Shown in pieces: positions 49,649 through 59,458 of a stretch of 64,000 bases of DNA. Numbering within the stretch: position 1 is the first letter of the stretch; every line of letters begins with the position of its first letter. The translations under genes and the position numbers were made by a program. The stretch is taken from positions 35,044 to 99,043 of the forward strand of contig CAZCQP010000003.1 of the NCBI GenBank assembly GCA_964500895.1, given 5' to 3'. Source of the DNA: an uncultured Eubacteriales bacterium. Lineage in GTDB: Bacteria > Bacillota > Clostridia > Lachnospirales > JAISER01. The notes beneath the pieces are model-generated. The model was not told where the DNA came from. It did no database searches and saw only the letters and a list, made by a program, of their open reading frames with translations.

Positions 49649-51436
49649 GTGAAAATAGCTTTTTCAGGCATCTTTGATATTGCAAATTATGGGGATCATC
49701 TTTTTCCGCTAGTTTTTGAAAAGAAACTTATGGATATGGGAGTAGATTGTGAGCTGTTTTTATTTTCGTGTTTTGAATGCAAGCAAGCATTGGGTATGAA
49801 CAAACAAGTATATGCCTTGAAAGATTTAGAAGAAAAGCATCTAGAGATTGGATTTGATGCCATTGTTGTTGCTGGAGGCTGGATAGCCCATTTTATATTA
49901 ATATCTCAAAAGCTTTCAAGGCTTGATCGAGAATTTATAGATTATTCTATTTTTGAAGCATGGATAACCCCCTCTCTCGTTGCCTTAAAGCATAACATTA
50001 AATTGATTTGGAATGCTCCTGATACCTGGTATGAATTTTCTTCAATATTTCAGGAGTTAATGAGGGGTTTGTGCTCTAGTGTTGATTATATTAGCGTAAG
50101 GAGTAAATTTTCTGTTGACGTTTTATCGAAGTCAGGTATTGATCCAGATAGATTGAATATATCACTAGATACAGCGTTTTTATTGCCTGAGGTTTTTGGT
50201 AAGGATGAGTTAATTCCTATTCGAAAAGACATTATCCCATTTGGTGATAAATATATTGTATATCATGCAAATAGAAATTTGCCAGAATCTGAAATTAACA
50301 CAGTAGTTGAAATTTTAGATTTTCTTGTTGAGCAATCATATCAAGTTGTTCTGTTACCATTAGCATATACGCATGATGATGAAAGTATATTAAGAAAAAT
50401 TAATGAAGTAGGTAATGGTAAATATTATTTGTTTGATAGAGAGTTAACGTTAAGAGAACAAATTAGTGTATTAGCATGTTGTGAGATGTATATTGGAGTG
50501 AGCTTTCATGGGGCTGTCACGGCATTTGCATATAATATTCCTGCGATTGCTTTTGATTCTCACCAGCAAAAGAAGAATTATGAAATATTTGAGCGTTTTA
50601 ATGCCGCACAATATTTTGTAACTGACGGACAAATGTTATCGGAGGTTGTAAAGTCGGCATTGTTACACTACAATGTAGACTTTAAATATGTACAATTTCA
50701 GATTTCACAAATTAATAAGCATTTTGAAAACATCTGTAAGTGTCTTACTTCTCCCATAAAAGATAAGGGAATCTCTGAATTTGCTAGTGCATTTAATAAT
50801 GCTATAAAACATCTGCATAAAAGTGACATACAAGCCAAAGACGAGCATATAAGGATGATGAGTGAAGCCTTAGGGGCGAAGGACAAGCATATAAACATGT
50901 TGAATGAAGCTATTGAGTTGAAGGATGGGCATATAGGGAGGTTAGATGAAGCCTTAGCGGCTAGGGATGAGCATATGAGGATATTGAATGAAGCCCTAGG
51001 GTATAAAGATGAGCACATAGGGATGCTGGATGAAGCCATAAGGTATAAGGATGGACATATAAGGGTGCTAGATGAAGCCATAGTAACTAAGGATGGGCAT
51101 ATAAGGATGCTAGACGAGGCCATGGTGGCTAAGGATGGGCATATAAGGATGCTAGACGAGGCCATGGTGGCTAAGGATGGGCATATAAAGATGCTAGATG
51201 AAGCCATAGTGGCTAAGGATGAGCACATTAGAATGTTAGATGAAGAAATGATGGTAAAGGATAAGCGATTAGAAGACTTCGAGAAAAACAATGCTTTTCA
51301 GATTGAAAGTATGCTTCAATTGGAGAAAGAAGTATCACAGTATAAACATATGATTTTTGCCATGGAAAATTCAAAATCGTGGAAGATTACAAGCCTTTTA
51401 CGTAAAGTAATGGCTTTATTTCGAGGGGGAAAATAA
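49649..51436 (+). CDS. Polysaccharide pyruvyl transferase fused to a C-terminal 14-residue-repeat coiled coil (GTG start)
   Basis: N-terminal ~390 aa resemble the pyruvyl transferase family (GIFDIANYGDHLFP...). The C-terminus has ten KD(G/E)HI(R/K)MLDEA(I/M)VA units followed by further coiled coil. Confidence 0.7.
   Translation: MKIAFSGIFDIANYGDHLFPLVFEKKLMDMGVDCELFLFSCFECKQALGMNKQVYALKDLEEKHLEIGFDAIVVAGGWIAHFILISQKLSRLDREFIDYSIFEAWITPSLVALKHNIKLIWNAPDTWYEFSSIFQELMRGLCSSVDYISVRSKFSVDVLSKSGIDPDRLNISLDTAFLLPEVFGKDELIPIRKDIIPFGDKYIVYHANRNLPESEINTVVEILDFLVEQSYQVVLLPLAYTHDDESILRKINEVGNGKYYLFDRELTLREQISVLACCEMYIGVSFHGAVTAFAYNIPAIAFDSHQQKKNYEIFERFNAAQYFVTDGQMLSEVVKSALLHYNVDFKYVQFQISQINKHFENICKCLTSPIKDKGISEFASAFNNAIKHLHKSDIQAKDEHIRMMSEALGAKDKHINMLNEAIELKDGHIGRLDEALAARDEHMRILNEALGYKDEHIGMLDEAIRYKDGHIRVLDEAIVTKDGHIRMLDEAMVAKDGHIRMLDEAMVAKDGHIKMLDEAIVAKDEHIRMLDEEMMVKDKRLEDFEKNNAFQIESMLQLEKEVSQYKHMIFAMENSKSWKITSLLRKVMALFRGGK
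50837..51256 (+). repeat. Ten tandem 42-bp coding repeats (two adjacent units identical)
   Basis: AAGGATGGGCATATAAGGATGCTAGACGAGGCCATGGTGGCT occurs twice in succession (51099..51182). The other units are diverged copies in the same phase. Confidence 0.9.
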
Positions 51437-51438
51437 CT

Positions 51439-53364
51439 ATGAGGTTTATAACAGATAAAACTGTTAAAAGATTAGCCATATACTTTTTTTACGATAGTAA
51501 TGGCATTGCCGATGAATATAACTTTTATTTACTTAACAATCTTAAAGAGCATGTAAACGAGCTCTTTGTTGTTTGTAATGGCATTTTATCGCCTGAGAGT
51601 AGAAAAAGGTTTTCTGATGTATCAGACCATCTTTTAGTAAGAGAAAATAAGGGGCTTGATGTTTGGGCATATAAAGAAGCTATGGCTTTCTATGGTTGGA
51701 AGAAGTTGTCAGAGTTTGACGAGGTTATACTCCTTAATTTCACCATATTTGGTCCACTATATCCATTTAAAGAAATGTTTGATACAATGGATGCAAAAGA
51801 TTTAGATTTTTGGGGTATTACAGTATGGCATACTATTCCATTTGACCCATTTGGAACAGTTAAGTATGGGTATATTCCTAAACACATCCAATCTCACTTT
51901 ATGGCATACCGTAAAACATTGGTTTCTAGCTATGAATTTCAGCAATACTGGGATAATATACCTGAAATCAATACATATGCAGAATCAATAGGCTTTCATG
52001 AAGCTATTTTCACAAAAGATTTTGAGGATAAAGGTTATAAATGGGATGCCTATGTTAATACAGATGAGTTAGAAAAACATACGGCTGGACCGATTAATTA
52101 TTATGTAAAATATCTTATTGAAAAGAAACGATGCCCTATTATTAAACGCCGTTCCTTTTTTCATCATATGGATGATGTACTGAACAATACCTGTGGTCAA
52201 GAGACAGTTGAAGCATTTAAATATATAGAGAATAACCTTGACTATGATGTTAACTTGATTTGGGATAATCTTCTTAGGACACAACATCAAAGTGATATAA
52301 AAAATCGGATGCATCTTAATTATATAATACCAACATCTTTTCTTAAATATTCAAATAGTTCACAAAAAAAGATGAAGGTTGCACTTATTGTGCATATTTA
52401 TTATAAAGATTTAATTAATTATTGCTTTAACTATGCAAAATCTATGCCGTCGTACGCTGACATATATGTAACAACTCAATCAGAAGATATGAGACAAGAA
52501 ATATTATCTATTTTTTCACAAATCGAGTGTAATAAACTTGAGGTTGTGTTAGTTGATAACAGAGGGCGTGATGTAAGCGCATTATTGATAGGCTGTAAGG
52601 AATTTATTATGGATTATGACCTTGTATGTTTTGCACATGATAAAAAAACAAAACATTTAGAACCACTGTCTGTGGGTGAATCGTTTTCATACACATGTTT
52701 TGAGAATGTACTTTATAATGAACCTTTTGTTGAAAATATTATCAATACTTTTTTAGATAATCCAAGATTGGGTTTATTAACCCCACCACCTCCTAATCAT
52801 GCGCAGTTTTTTACCACGATGGGATTTGTTTGGTCTATCAATTTTGAGGCCTGTAAAGATTTAGCAAAAAAGCTAAAGATTGATGTTCCTATGAGCTTGG
52901 AAAAGGACCCTATTGCACCGATAGGATCTATGTTTTGGTTTAGACCTGCTGCGCTGAAGCAGCTATTTGATTATAATTGGAAGTATGACGATTTTCCTGA
53001 GGAGCCACACAGCTTAGTTGATGGAACTATCTCTAATGCAATAGAAAGAATACATCCATTCGTTGCCCAACATAATGGATATTATCCTGCATGGGTATTT
53101 TCACAAAACTTTTCGTCAATTCAATTTACCAATTTATACTATATGTTTAGTGAAATTAACAAAGCTACAATGGCTAAATTGGGATTAGGGCCATATTTTG
53201 CAACAAAGATGCGCATTATGAACGACAATAATCTTGACAACTATAATCCTGAATTACAAATTACTTTTAAGAAATGGTTTTATACATTTTTAAAAAGGGT
53301 TTTACCTAAACCTGTATCTAATAGATTAATAGCTATAAAAAACAAGTATAAAAGCAGAGCATAA
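51439..53364 (+). CDS. Rhamnan synthesis protein F (RgpF)-like rhamnosyltransferase, copy 1
   Basis: LAIYFFYDSNGIADEY..., RGRDVSALL, FAHDKKT, PPPPNH and IERIHPF are characteristic of RgpF-family proteins. Confidence 0.8.
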   Translation: MRFITDKTVKRLAIYFFYDSNGIADEYNFYLLNNLKEHVNELFVVCNGILSPESRKRFSDVSDHLLVRENKGLDVWAYKEAMAFYGWKKLSEFDEVILLNFTIFGPLYPFKEMFDTMDAKDLDFWGITVWHTIPFDPFGTVKYGYIPKHIQSHFMAYRKTLVSSYEFQQYWDNIPEINTYAESIGFHEAIFTKDFEDKGYKWDAYVNTDELEKHTAGPINYYVKYLIEKKRCPIIKRRSFFHHMDDVLNNTCGQETVEAFKYIENNLDYDVNLIWDNLLRTQHQSDIKNRMHLNYIIPTSFLKYSNSSQKKMKVALIVHIYYKDLINYCFNYAKSMPSYADIYVTTQSEDMRQEILSIFSQIECNKLEVVLVDNRGRDVSALLIGCKEFIMDYDLVCFAHDKKTKHLEPLSVGESFSYTCFENVLYNEPFVENIINTFLDNPRLGLLTPPPPNHAQFFTTMGFVWSINFEACKDLAKKLKIDVPMSLEKDPIAPIGSMFWFRPAALKQLFDYNWKYDDFPEEPHSLVDGTISNAIERIHPFVAQHNGYYPAWVFSQNFSSIQFTNLYYMFSEINKATMAKLGLGPYFATKMRIMNDNNLDNYNPELQITFKKWFYTFLKRVLPKPVSNRLIAIKNKYKSRA

Positions 53365-53392
53365 TTATGTAAAATTGTTCGGAGGTTTTGAT

Positions 53393-55324
53393 ATGCATAA
53401 ACAAGCCTTAAAGCGGCTTGCAGTTTACTACTTTTATGATGCAGATGGTATTGCTGATGATTATGTTCTTTATTGCCTAAGTGAGCTCAAAAAAGATATC
53501 AACAATCTTCTGGTTATCTGCTATGGTAAGCTAAGTATTCCTAGTCGCCAGAAGTTGCAGCTGATTGCTGATTATGTCATTGTCAGCAGTGATGTAAACT
53601 ATAATATTCTAGCCTATAAAGAAGCGTTTAAGTTTTTTGGCTCACTAAAGCTTGCTGAATACGATGAAATTATTTTATTAGATTACACATTTTTTGGACC
53701 GCTCTACCCTTTTGAGGAAATGTTTAATAAAATGGATCGCTTAACGTTAGACTTTTGGGGGATAGCCACAGGTCACTATATCCCGTATGATCCCTATGGA
53801 ACAATAAAATATGGATATGTTCCTAAACACCTCCAAGATAATTTTATTGTTCTTCGCAAGTCATTGCTTCAAAGTGTAGAGTTTGGAAAATACTGGGAAA
53901 GTATTCCTGAAATATATTCAGATCAGCAATCAAAAGCATATTATGGTGTGGTTTTTACGAAGGAATTTGAAGACAAGGGATTTACATGGGATTCTTATAT
54001 AAACTCAGATGAGCTTGAAAAACATACACATGACCCATTAATTTATAGTGCTAAGTATCTTGTTGAAAAGAAACGTTGTCCCATTATTAAGCGGCTTTCG
54101 TTCTTTAACCATACGGGTGAAGCTATTAGTAATTCGTGTGGCCAGGAAGGACTTGAGGTGTATGAATACATTAGGGATAATCTTGACTATGATGTTAATA
54201 TGATATGGGATAACATTCTTCGGGTACAAAATCAGGCTGATATCAAGAATTGTATGCACTTGAATTATATACTTTCGTCTGTTTGCTGCAAGGAAAATAA
54301 GTCTATCAAGGACAAAGTTGCTCTAGTCATGCACATTTATTATGAGGACCTAATTGAAAGTTGTTATGAATACGCACAATCTATGCCTGAGTACGCTGAT
54401 ATATATGTAACCACGCATTGTGAGGCAATGAAGAGTCAGATATTAACTGTTTTTTCTAAAATGAGGTGTAATAAGCTTCAAGTAATTTTGGTTGATAACC
54501 GAGGACGCGATGTCAGTGCACTTCTTGTTGGGTGCAAAGGCTTTATTAAAGATTATGATATCGTATGTTTTGCCCACGACAAAAAAACAAAACAGGTGGA
54601 ACCTTATTCAATTGGTGAATCATTTGCCTATAAGTGTTTTGAAAATGTGTTATATAATGATAATTTTGTTAACAATGTGGTAGACACATTTTTATCTAAT
54701 CCGCGGTTAGGACTTTTAACACCGCCCCCTCCAAACCATTCCCCATTTTATATTACGTTGGGTTATGGTTGGAGTATAAATTATGAAATTAGCAAAAAGT
54801 TAGCGGATCAATTAAATGTTAAAGTACCTATAGATTGCAATAAGGATCCTATAGCGCCATTGGGAACAATGTTTTGGTTTAGAACCAAAGCGTTGGAATC
54901 ACTGTTTAAAGAAGACTGGGAATATGAAGATTTTCCTAAAGAACCAAATGCAAATGATGGTACTTTACTTCATGCATTTGAGAGATTATACCCATTTATT
55001 GCCCAAGATCATGGTTATTATCCTGCTTGGTTAATGGTTGATCATTACGCAAGGGTGGAGCATACGAACTTAGTGTATATGTTGAGCAGGCTTAATTCGC
55101 ATTTGTTCAAAGTTTATGGACTTAACTCTTATGCTGGTCTACTTGCTATGCTGGAGGCTTCAAAAGAACAAGACTGCCAAATGCCAGTCGCCATGAATCA
55201 AGATATCTTACTTAGACAGTTGTTAAAAAATAAGTTAAAAGCATTTTTACCACGGCCTTTATTCGTGCTCCTAATAAAATTTAAAAGAATGATATTTGGG
55301 CCGCATGGTGTTAAAGAAATATAA
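53393..55324 (+). CDS. RgpF-like rhamnosyltransferase, copy 2 (tandem paralog)
   Basis: Collinear with copy 1 over its full length (LAVYYFYDADGIADDY, RGRDVSALL, FAHDKKT, PPPPNH). RBS GGAGG lies before the ATG at 53393. Confidence 0.8.
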   Translation: MHKQALKRLAVYYFYDADGIADDYVLYCLSELKKDINNLLVICYGKLSIPSRQKLQLIADYVIVSSDVNYNILAYKEAFKFFGSLKLAEYDEIILLDYTFFGPLYPFEEMFNKMDRLTLDFWGIATGHYIPYDPYGTIKYGYVPKHLQDNFIVLRKSLLQSVEFGKYWESIPEIYSDQQSKAYYGVVFTKEFEDKGFTWDSYINSDELEKHTHDPLIYSAKYLVEKKRCPIIKRLSFFNHTGEAISNSCGQEGLEVYEYIRDNLDYDVNMIWDNILRVQNQADIKNCMHLNYILSSVCCKENKSIKDKVALVMHIYYEDLIESCYEYAQSMPEYADIYVTTHCEAMKSQILTVFSKMRCNKLQVILVDNRGRDVSALLVGCKGFIKDYDIVCFAHDKKTKQVEPYSIGESFAYKCFENVLYNDNFVNNVVDTFLSNPRLGLLTPPPPNHSPFYITLGYGWSINYEISKKLADQLNVKVPIDCNKDPIAPLGTMFWFRTKALESLFKEDWEYEDFPKEPNANDGTLLHAFERLYPFIAQDHGYYPAWLMVDHYARVEHTNLVYMLSRLNSHLFKVYGLNSYAGLLAMLEASKEQDCQMPVAMNQDILLRQLLKNKLKAFLPRPLFVLLIKFKRMIFGPHGVKEI

Positions 55325-55361
55325 CTTAAATAATAGATAATGGGATTAATGAGGTGTTGGT

Positions 55362-56762
55362 GTGGTCTTCTCGTCGACTATTTTTGTTTTTTTATTTCTG
55401 CCTGTTGTTTTAGGTGGTTATTACCTTATACGACATGAGTTTAGAAATACCTTCTTGCTTGTGTCTTCACTTCTATTTTATGCCTGGGGTGAACCTAAAT
55501 TTGTATTTATAATGATTGCTTCCATACTCGTTAATTATTGTATGGGAATTGCAATTGATGTAAGCCGTGATTGGCGCATTAGTATAAAACGATTTATTTT
55601 AATAGTTGCTATTTTATTAAATTTAGGATTACTGTTTTATTTTAAATATTTTGACTTTGCAGTAGATATTTTTAACGGCCTTTTTAAATCAAATATATCA
55701 CTAAGACATATTGCGCTTCCTATTGGTATAAGCTTTTTTACATTCCAAGGAATGTCTTACATTTTGGATTTATATATGGGCAAGGTGGAGGTGCAAAATA
55801 ACCCTTTAAATATTGCACTATATATAGCCTTGTTTCCTCAGCTAATTGCGGGGCCTATTGTTCGATATATAGATGTAAATGAGCAAATTGAAAGCAGAAC
55901 GTGTACTAGTGGTAAGTTTAATGCAGGTATTAAAAGGTTTATTATGGGCCTTGCCAAAAAGATTATATTGGCTAATTCTGTCGCAACAATTGCAGATAGC
56001 GCTTTTTCAACTCAGGTTTCTGAGTTATCAAGTATTATGTCTTGGCTAGGTATTATTTGCTATACATTTCAGATTTATTTTGATTTTTGCGGCTATTCGG
56101 ATATGGCAATAGGGCTTGGACAAATATTTGGCTTTGAATTTTTAGAAAATTTTAATTATCCATATACTTCTAAAAATATCACGGAGTTTTGGAGGAGATG
56201 GCACATTTCTCTATCATCTTGGTTTAGGGATTATGTTTACATACCTCTTGGCGGTAATAGGACAGGAAATGTGTATTTTAATCTTTTAACTGTTTTTTTT
56301 GTTACAGGATTATGGCATGGTGCATCTTGGAATTTTATTATTTGGGGCTTATGGCACGGTTTTTTTCTCATTGTAGAAAGAATATTGCGCCGAAAAGATG
56401 CTGATTTTAAGACGCTTCATTTGCTTAAAAGGGTTTATACTCTATTAGTTGTGATAATTGGTTGGGTAATGTTTAGAGCGCCAGATATCAATTATGGATT
56501 ATTATATATAAAATCCATGTTTAACTATTCATTTAATTCATTGCAAAATGACACAGCTTGCCTTTATTTTAAAGATAACTTTATAATCCTTATGATATGT
56601 GCTGTATTATGTACCCCATTAATAAAAATTTTAAAAGATAAATTTTCGGATTACAAGGCCTGTACGTTATTTGAGATTATTATTTATATGGTACTGTTTA
56701 TTATAAGCATATCTTATATGGTAAACAGTTCATATGATCCATTTATTTATTTTAATTTTTAA
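55362..56762 (+). CDS. MBOAT-family O-acyltransferase (AlgI/DltB-like, GTG start)
   Basis: Multi-pass protein with FWRRWHISLSSWFRDYVYIPLGGNR and the conserved His in WHGASWNF. Confidence 0.85.
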   Translation: MVFSSTIFVFLFLPVVLGGYYLIRHEFRNTFLLVSSLLFYAWGEPKFVFIMIASILVNYCMGIAIDVSRDWRISIKRFILIVAILLNLGLLFYFKYFDFAVDIFNGLFKSNISLRHIALPIGISFFTFQGMSYILDLYMGKVEVQNNPLNIALYIALFPQLIAGPIVRYIDVNEQIESRTCTSGKFNAGIKRFIMGLAKKIILANSVATIADSAFSTQVSELSSIMSWLGIICYTFQIYFDFCGYSDMAIGLGQIFGFEFLENFNYPYTSKNITEFWRRWHISLSSWFRDYVYIPLGGNRTGNVYFNLLTVFFVTGLWHGASWNFIIWGLWHGFFLIVERILRRKDADFKTLHLLKRVYTLLVVIIGWVMFRAPDINYGLLYIKSMFNYSFNSLQNDTACLYFKDNFIILMICAVLCTPLIKILKDKFSDYKACTLFEIIIYMVLFIISISYMVNSSYDPFIYFNF

Positions 56763-56774
56763 GGAGGTGTTTTA

Positions 56775-58280
56775 ATGAAGAGTAAAGGCTCTGATATTAT
56801 ATTGATAGGATTTTTTATAATAAGTATTTTTGTACTTTCAATATTATCATTAAAAACAACAGGTAAAGAAATATTAAACAAGCTAGAAACTACATCAATT
56901 CAGACTATCCAAAATGATTTGCAAGATATAGGGGAAATTTACAGAAATGGTTTTTTTCGTCGAAAAGATTTTATAAATGCTTATGGTGCTGTTCAGCTTA
57001 TGCTTAATAAAAGAATGATTGGAGACAAGGAATTTTATAAGGACAATAATGGATTTATGCAAGCATTTTATTCAAATGATGATTGGAGTAATTTTGAAGA
57101 CGAAGTAATTAATTTAAAGAAAATTACTGATCAAAAAGGAGTTCCTTTGCTATATGTGCAAATTCCCTCTAGGGTTATTCCAGGGTATACTAAACTCCCA
57201 GCAGGATTTGTTAATAATAAAAATATTGCTATGGATAAATTACTATCAGGTCTTTCTCTTGCTGATATAAATGTTTTGGATTACAGATCGTATGTGAACA
57301 AAGATTCGGTTGATTCAAGTAATGTTTTTTTAAAAACAGATTTTCATTTGACAACTGAGGCCGAACTTGATGTTCTAAAAAAACTAGTGCATGAATTAGA
57401 GTCTAAATATGGATTAACATTTGATAATAAGGATGTAATAATGGATATGCAAAATTATCATTTGGATACAAGAAAATTTTTAGGTAATTATGCGTTTTCA
57501 TCAGGGAAATATTTTGCAGGTTTAGATTATTTTAATATGTATATTCCCAAATTCGACACTAGCTTTCTGCTTACAGATGAATATGGGAATAAAATAAAGG
57601 ATGGAAGTTTTCAAGATGTCTTAATGAATGGTTATCAATATACTACGCAATCTCAAAATGAATCTGAATTAATATATTGGATTACCAATTATATGCAGTA
57701 TACGAGACCATGTTATCGTTTTGAAAACCGGATGGTAGATAAAAATAATATTCTCATTGCCATGGATAGTATGGGATTTAGAACCGCTGCGTATCTTTCT
57801 TTGATGTGTAATGGTTTAACTGTAGTTGATCCTAGATTTGAAGGAAATAAGGGTTATTTAATTAGAGAAATAAATAACAATGACTATGATGTGGTCATTT
57901 TATTACAGGCTAAGTCACTTGTAGATAGTCCATTAGTTCCCAAAAAGCTAGGGGCAGAAATTATTTATGATGATACATTAGGTATCGTCAAACGGAATGA
58001 AAAGTACACATTTCGTATTTCTGTTAGGAATACGGGTGATCGCATATGGAATGCAAAGGATATGATTAAACTCTGCATATTCCAAGATGGTGTAGATTAT
58101 GGCTATAGAATTTCTTTGCCAGAAGGTGTTGAGGTGAAACCTGGAGAAGACTATACGTTTGAATTGAATAATTTCGTTGCCCCCCCCACTAATAGCACCT
58201 ATTTGGAATATCAAATGGTTGAGGAAGGTATTGACTGGTTTGGCGAAAAGAAACGGGTTGATATTCAAGTTAATGATTAG
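56775..58280 (+). CDS. AlgJ/AlgX-like (DHHW-type) acyl-transfer partner protein with C-terminal Ig/NBR1-like domain
   Basis: N-terminal anchor and a TDFHLT motif matching the D-x-H pattern of AlgJ-type proteins. The beta-rich C-terminal ~110 aa follow. Directly downstream of the MBOAT gene. Confidence 0.6.
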   Translation: MKSKGSDIILIGFFIISIFVLSILSLKTTGKEILNKLETTSIQTIQNDLQDIGEIYRNGFFRRKDFINAYGAVQLMLNKRMIGDKEFYKDNNGFMQAFYSNDDWSNFEDEVINLKKITDQKGVPLLYVQIPSRVIPGYTKLPAGFVNNKNIAMDKLLSGLSLADINVLDYRSYVNKDSVDSSNVFLKTDFHLTTEAELDVLKKLVHELESKYGLTFDNKDVIMDMQNYHLDTRKFLGNYAFSSGKYFAGLDYFNMYIPKFDTSFLLTDEYGNKIKDGSFQDVLMNGYQYTTQSQNESELIYWITNYMQYTRPCYRFENRMVDKNNILIAMDSMGFRTAAYLSLMCNGLTVVDPRFEGNKGYLIREINNNDYDVVILLQAKSLVDSPLVPKKLGAEIIYDDTLGIVKRNEKYTFRISVRNTGDRIWNAKDMIKLCIFQDGVDYGYRISLPEGVEVKPGEDYTFELNNFVAPPTNSTYLEYQMVEEGIDWFGEKKRVDIQVND

Positions 58281-58363
58281 CAGGGTTTAAAGAATTGCTA
58301 TTTATACTTTCTTTTATATTAAAATTATGATAAAATTATAAAAAACAAATTGGAGTTGAGACG

Positions 58364-58930
58364 GTGTCAAAATTTAAAATTACACCCACAAAAATTAAGG
58401 ATTTGATTGTTATAGAATCGACTGTTTTTGGCGATAACCGTGGTTATTTTATGGAAACTTATAATCAGAGAGCGTACTCAGAAATTGGGCTAAACATGTG
58501 TTTTGTGCAGGACAACCAGTCGAAGTCAAAACAAGGCGTCTTACGGGGGCTTCATTTTCAAAAGGAGAAGCCCCAGGGTAAACTTGTGCGTGTAATTTCT
58601 GGTAAGGTTTATGATGTTGCTCTTGATATTCGTCCAAATAGTCCTACTTTTGGACAATGGGAGGGTATATTGCTTTCAGCTGAAAATAAGCTGCAGTTTT
58701 ATGTTCCGGAAGGATTTGCACATGGTTTCTTAGTTGTAAGCGAAACCGCTGAGTTTGTCTACAAATGTACGCAGCTTTACGACCCAACTGATGAAGGTGG
58801 GATTATGTTTAACGACCCTGATCTAAATATCGATTGGCAAAAATATTTTAATGGGGACCCTATACTATCAGATAAAGATAAGAAAAACATGAGTTTAAAA
58901 GAATATGTTAGTGCCTTAAAAAAGGTATAA
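58364..58930 (+). CDS. rfbC: dTDP-4-dehydrorhamnose 3,5-epimerase (GTG start)
   Basis: FGDNRGYFMETYN, VQDNQSKS..GVLRGLHFQ, VPEGFAHGF. Confidence 0.92.
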   Translation: MSKFKITPTKIKDLIVIESTVFGDNRGYFMETYNQRAYSEIGLNMCFVQDNQSKSKQGVLRGLHFQKEKPQGKLVRVISGKVYDVALDIRPNSPTFGQWEGILLSAENKLQFYVPEGFAHGFLVVSETAEFVYKCTQLYDPTDEGGIMFNDPDLNIDWQKYFNGDPILSDKDKKNMSLKEYVSALKKV

Positions 58931-59340
58931 TTTTAGCCGGTGGTTCAGGAACAAGACTTTAAGGTTTTGAATATTTATGATCTTCTTGACGTGATACTAT
59001 TAGAAGATTTGCTGGATGATTGTCCATAGTTGGGACGTGATGCCACAAAAAGATGCAAGGTACTATGCGGACTATCGAATGCAATTTATTTTAGTTAGTG
59101 GTGTTATTGATATAGCAATGGAAGCCTGTGCCTTGAAATAAAATGCTTTACAGATATCGTTTTAGTACTATATACAGAAGAACAGAATCTCTTAAAAGGC
59201 TACTGGATTTGGATATCACGTTACTAACTGGTAAGATTATGATTATGGTGTGATTGAGTTTGATAAAGACTGTAACGTGCTTTGAACAGGGGAAGCCATA
59301 AGGTTCCTTGAAGTGAGGTATGGTAAATCAGGCAAAGCTT
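58922..59340 (+). pseudogene. rfbA: Decayed second copy of glucose-1-phosphate thymidylyltransferase
   Basis: [13 protein letters not shown]-stop at 58922..58963 with no start codon. Further on, GFGYHVTN..DYGVIEFDKDCNVL-stop matches the middle of RmlA. Multiple stops and deletions. Confidence 0.75.
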
Positions 59341-59458
59341 TTGCTCATGTTTTTGAGAAATTGCATGTTATAGTCCATGGATGACAAAAGAGATGTTTTT
59401 AACATATGCTAGCATGTTGTGCAACGTTGAGTTTGCAGTTTGAATAAAGGAGTATTGC

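Noticed and set aside
50837-51256. Regular 42-bp repeats that might be mistaken for a CRISPR-like array
   Set aside because: The repeats are contiguous with no spacers. They stay in one reading frame inside a long ORF and encode a heptad-based peptide repeat. They are coding tandem repeats.
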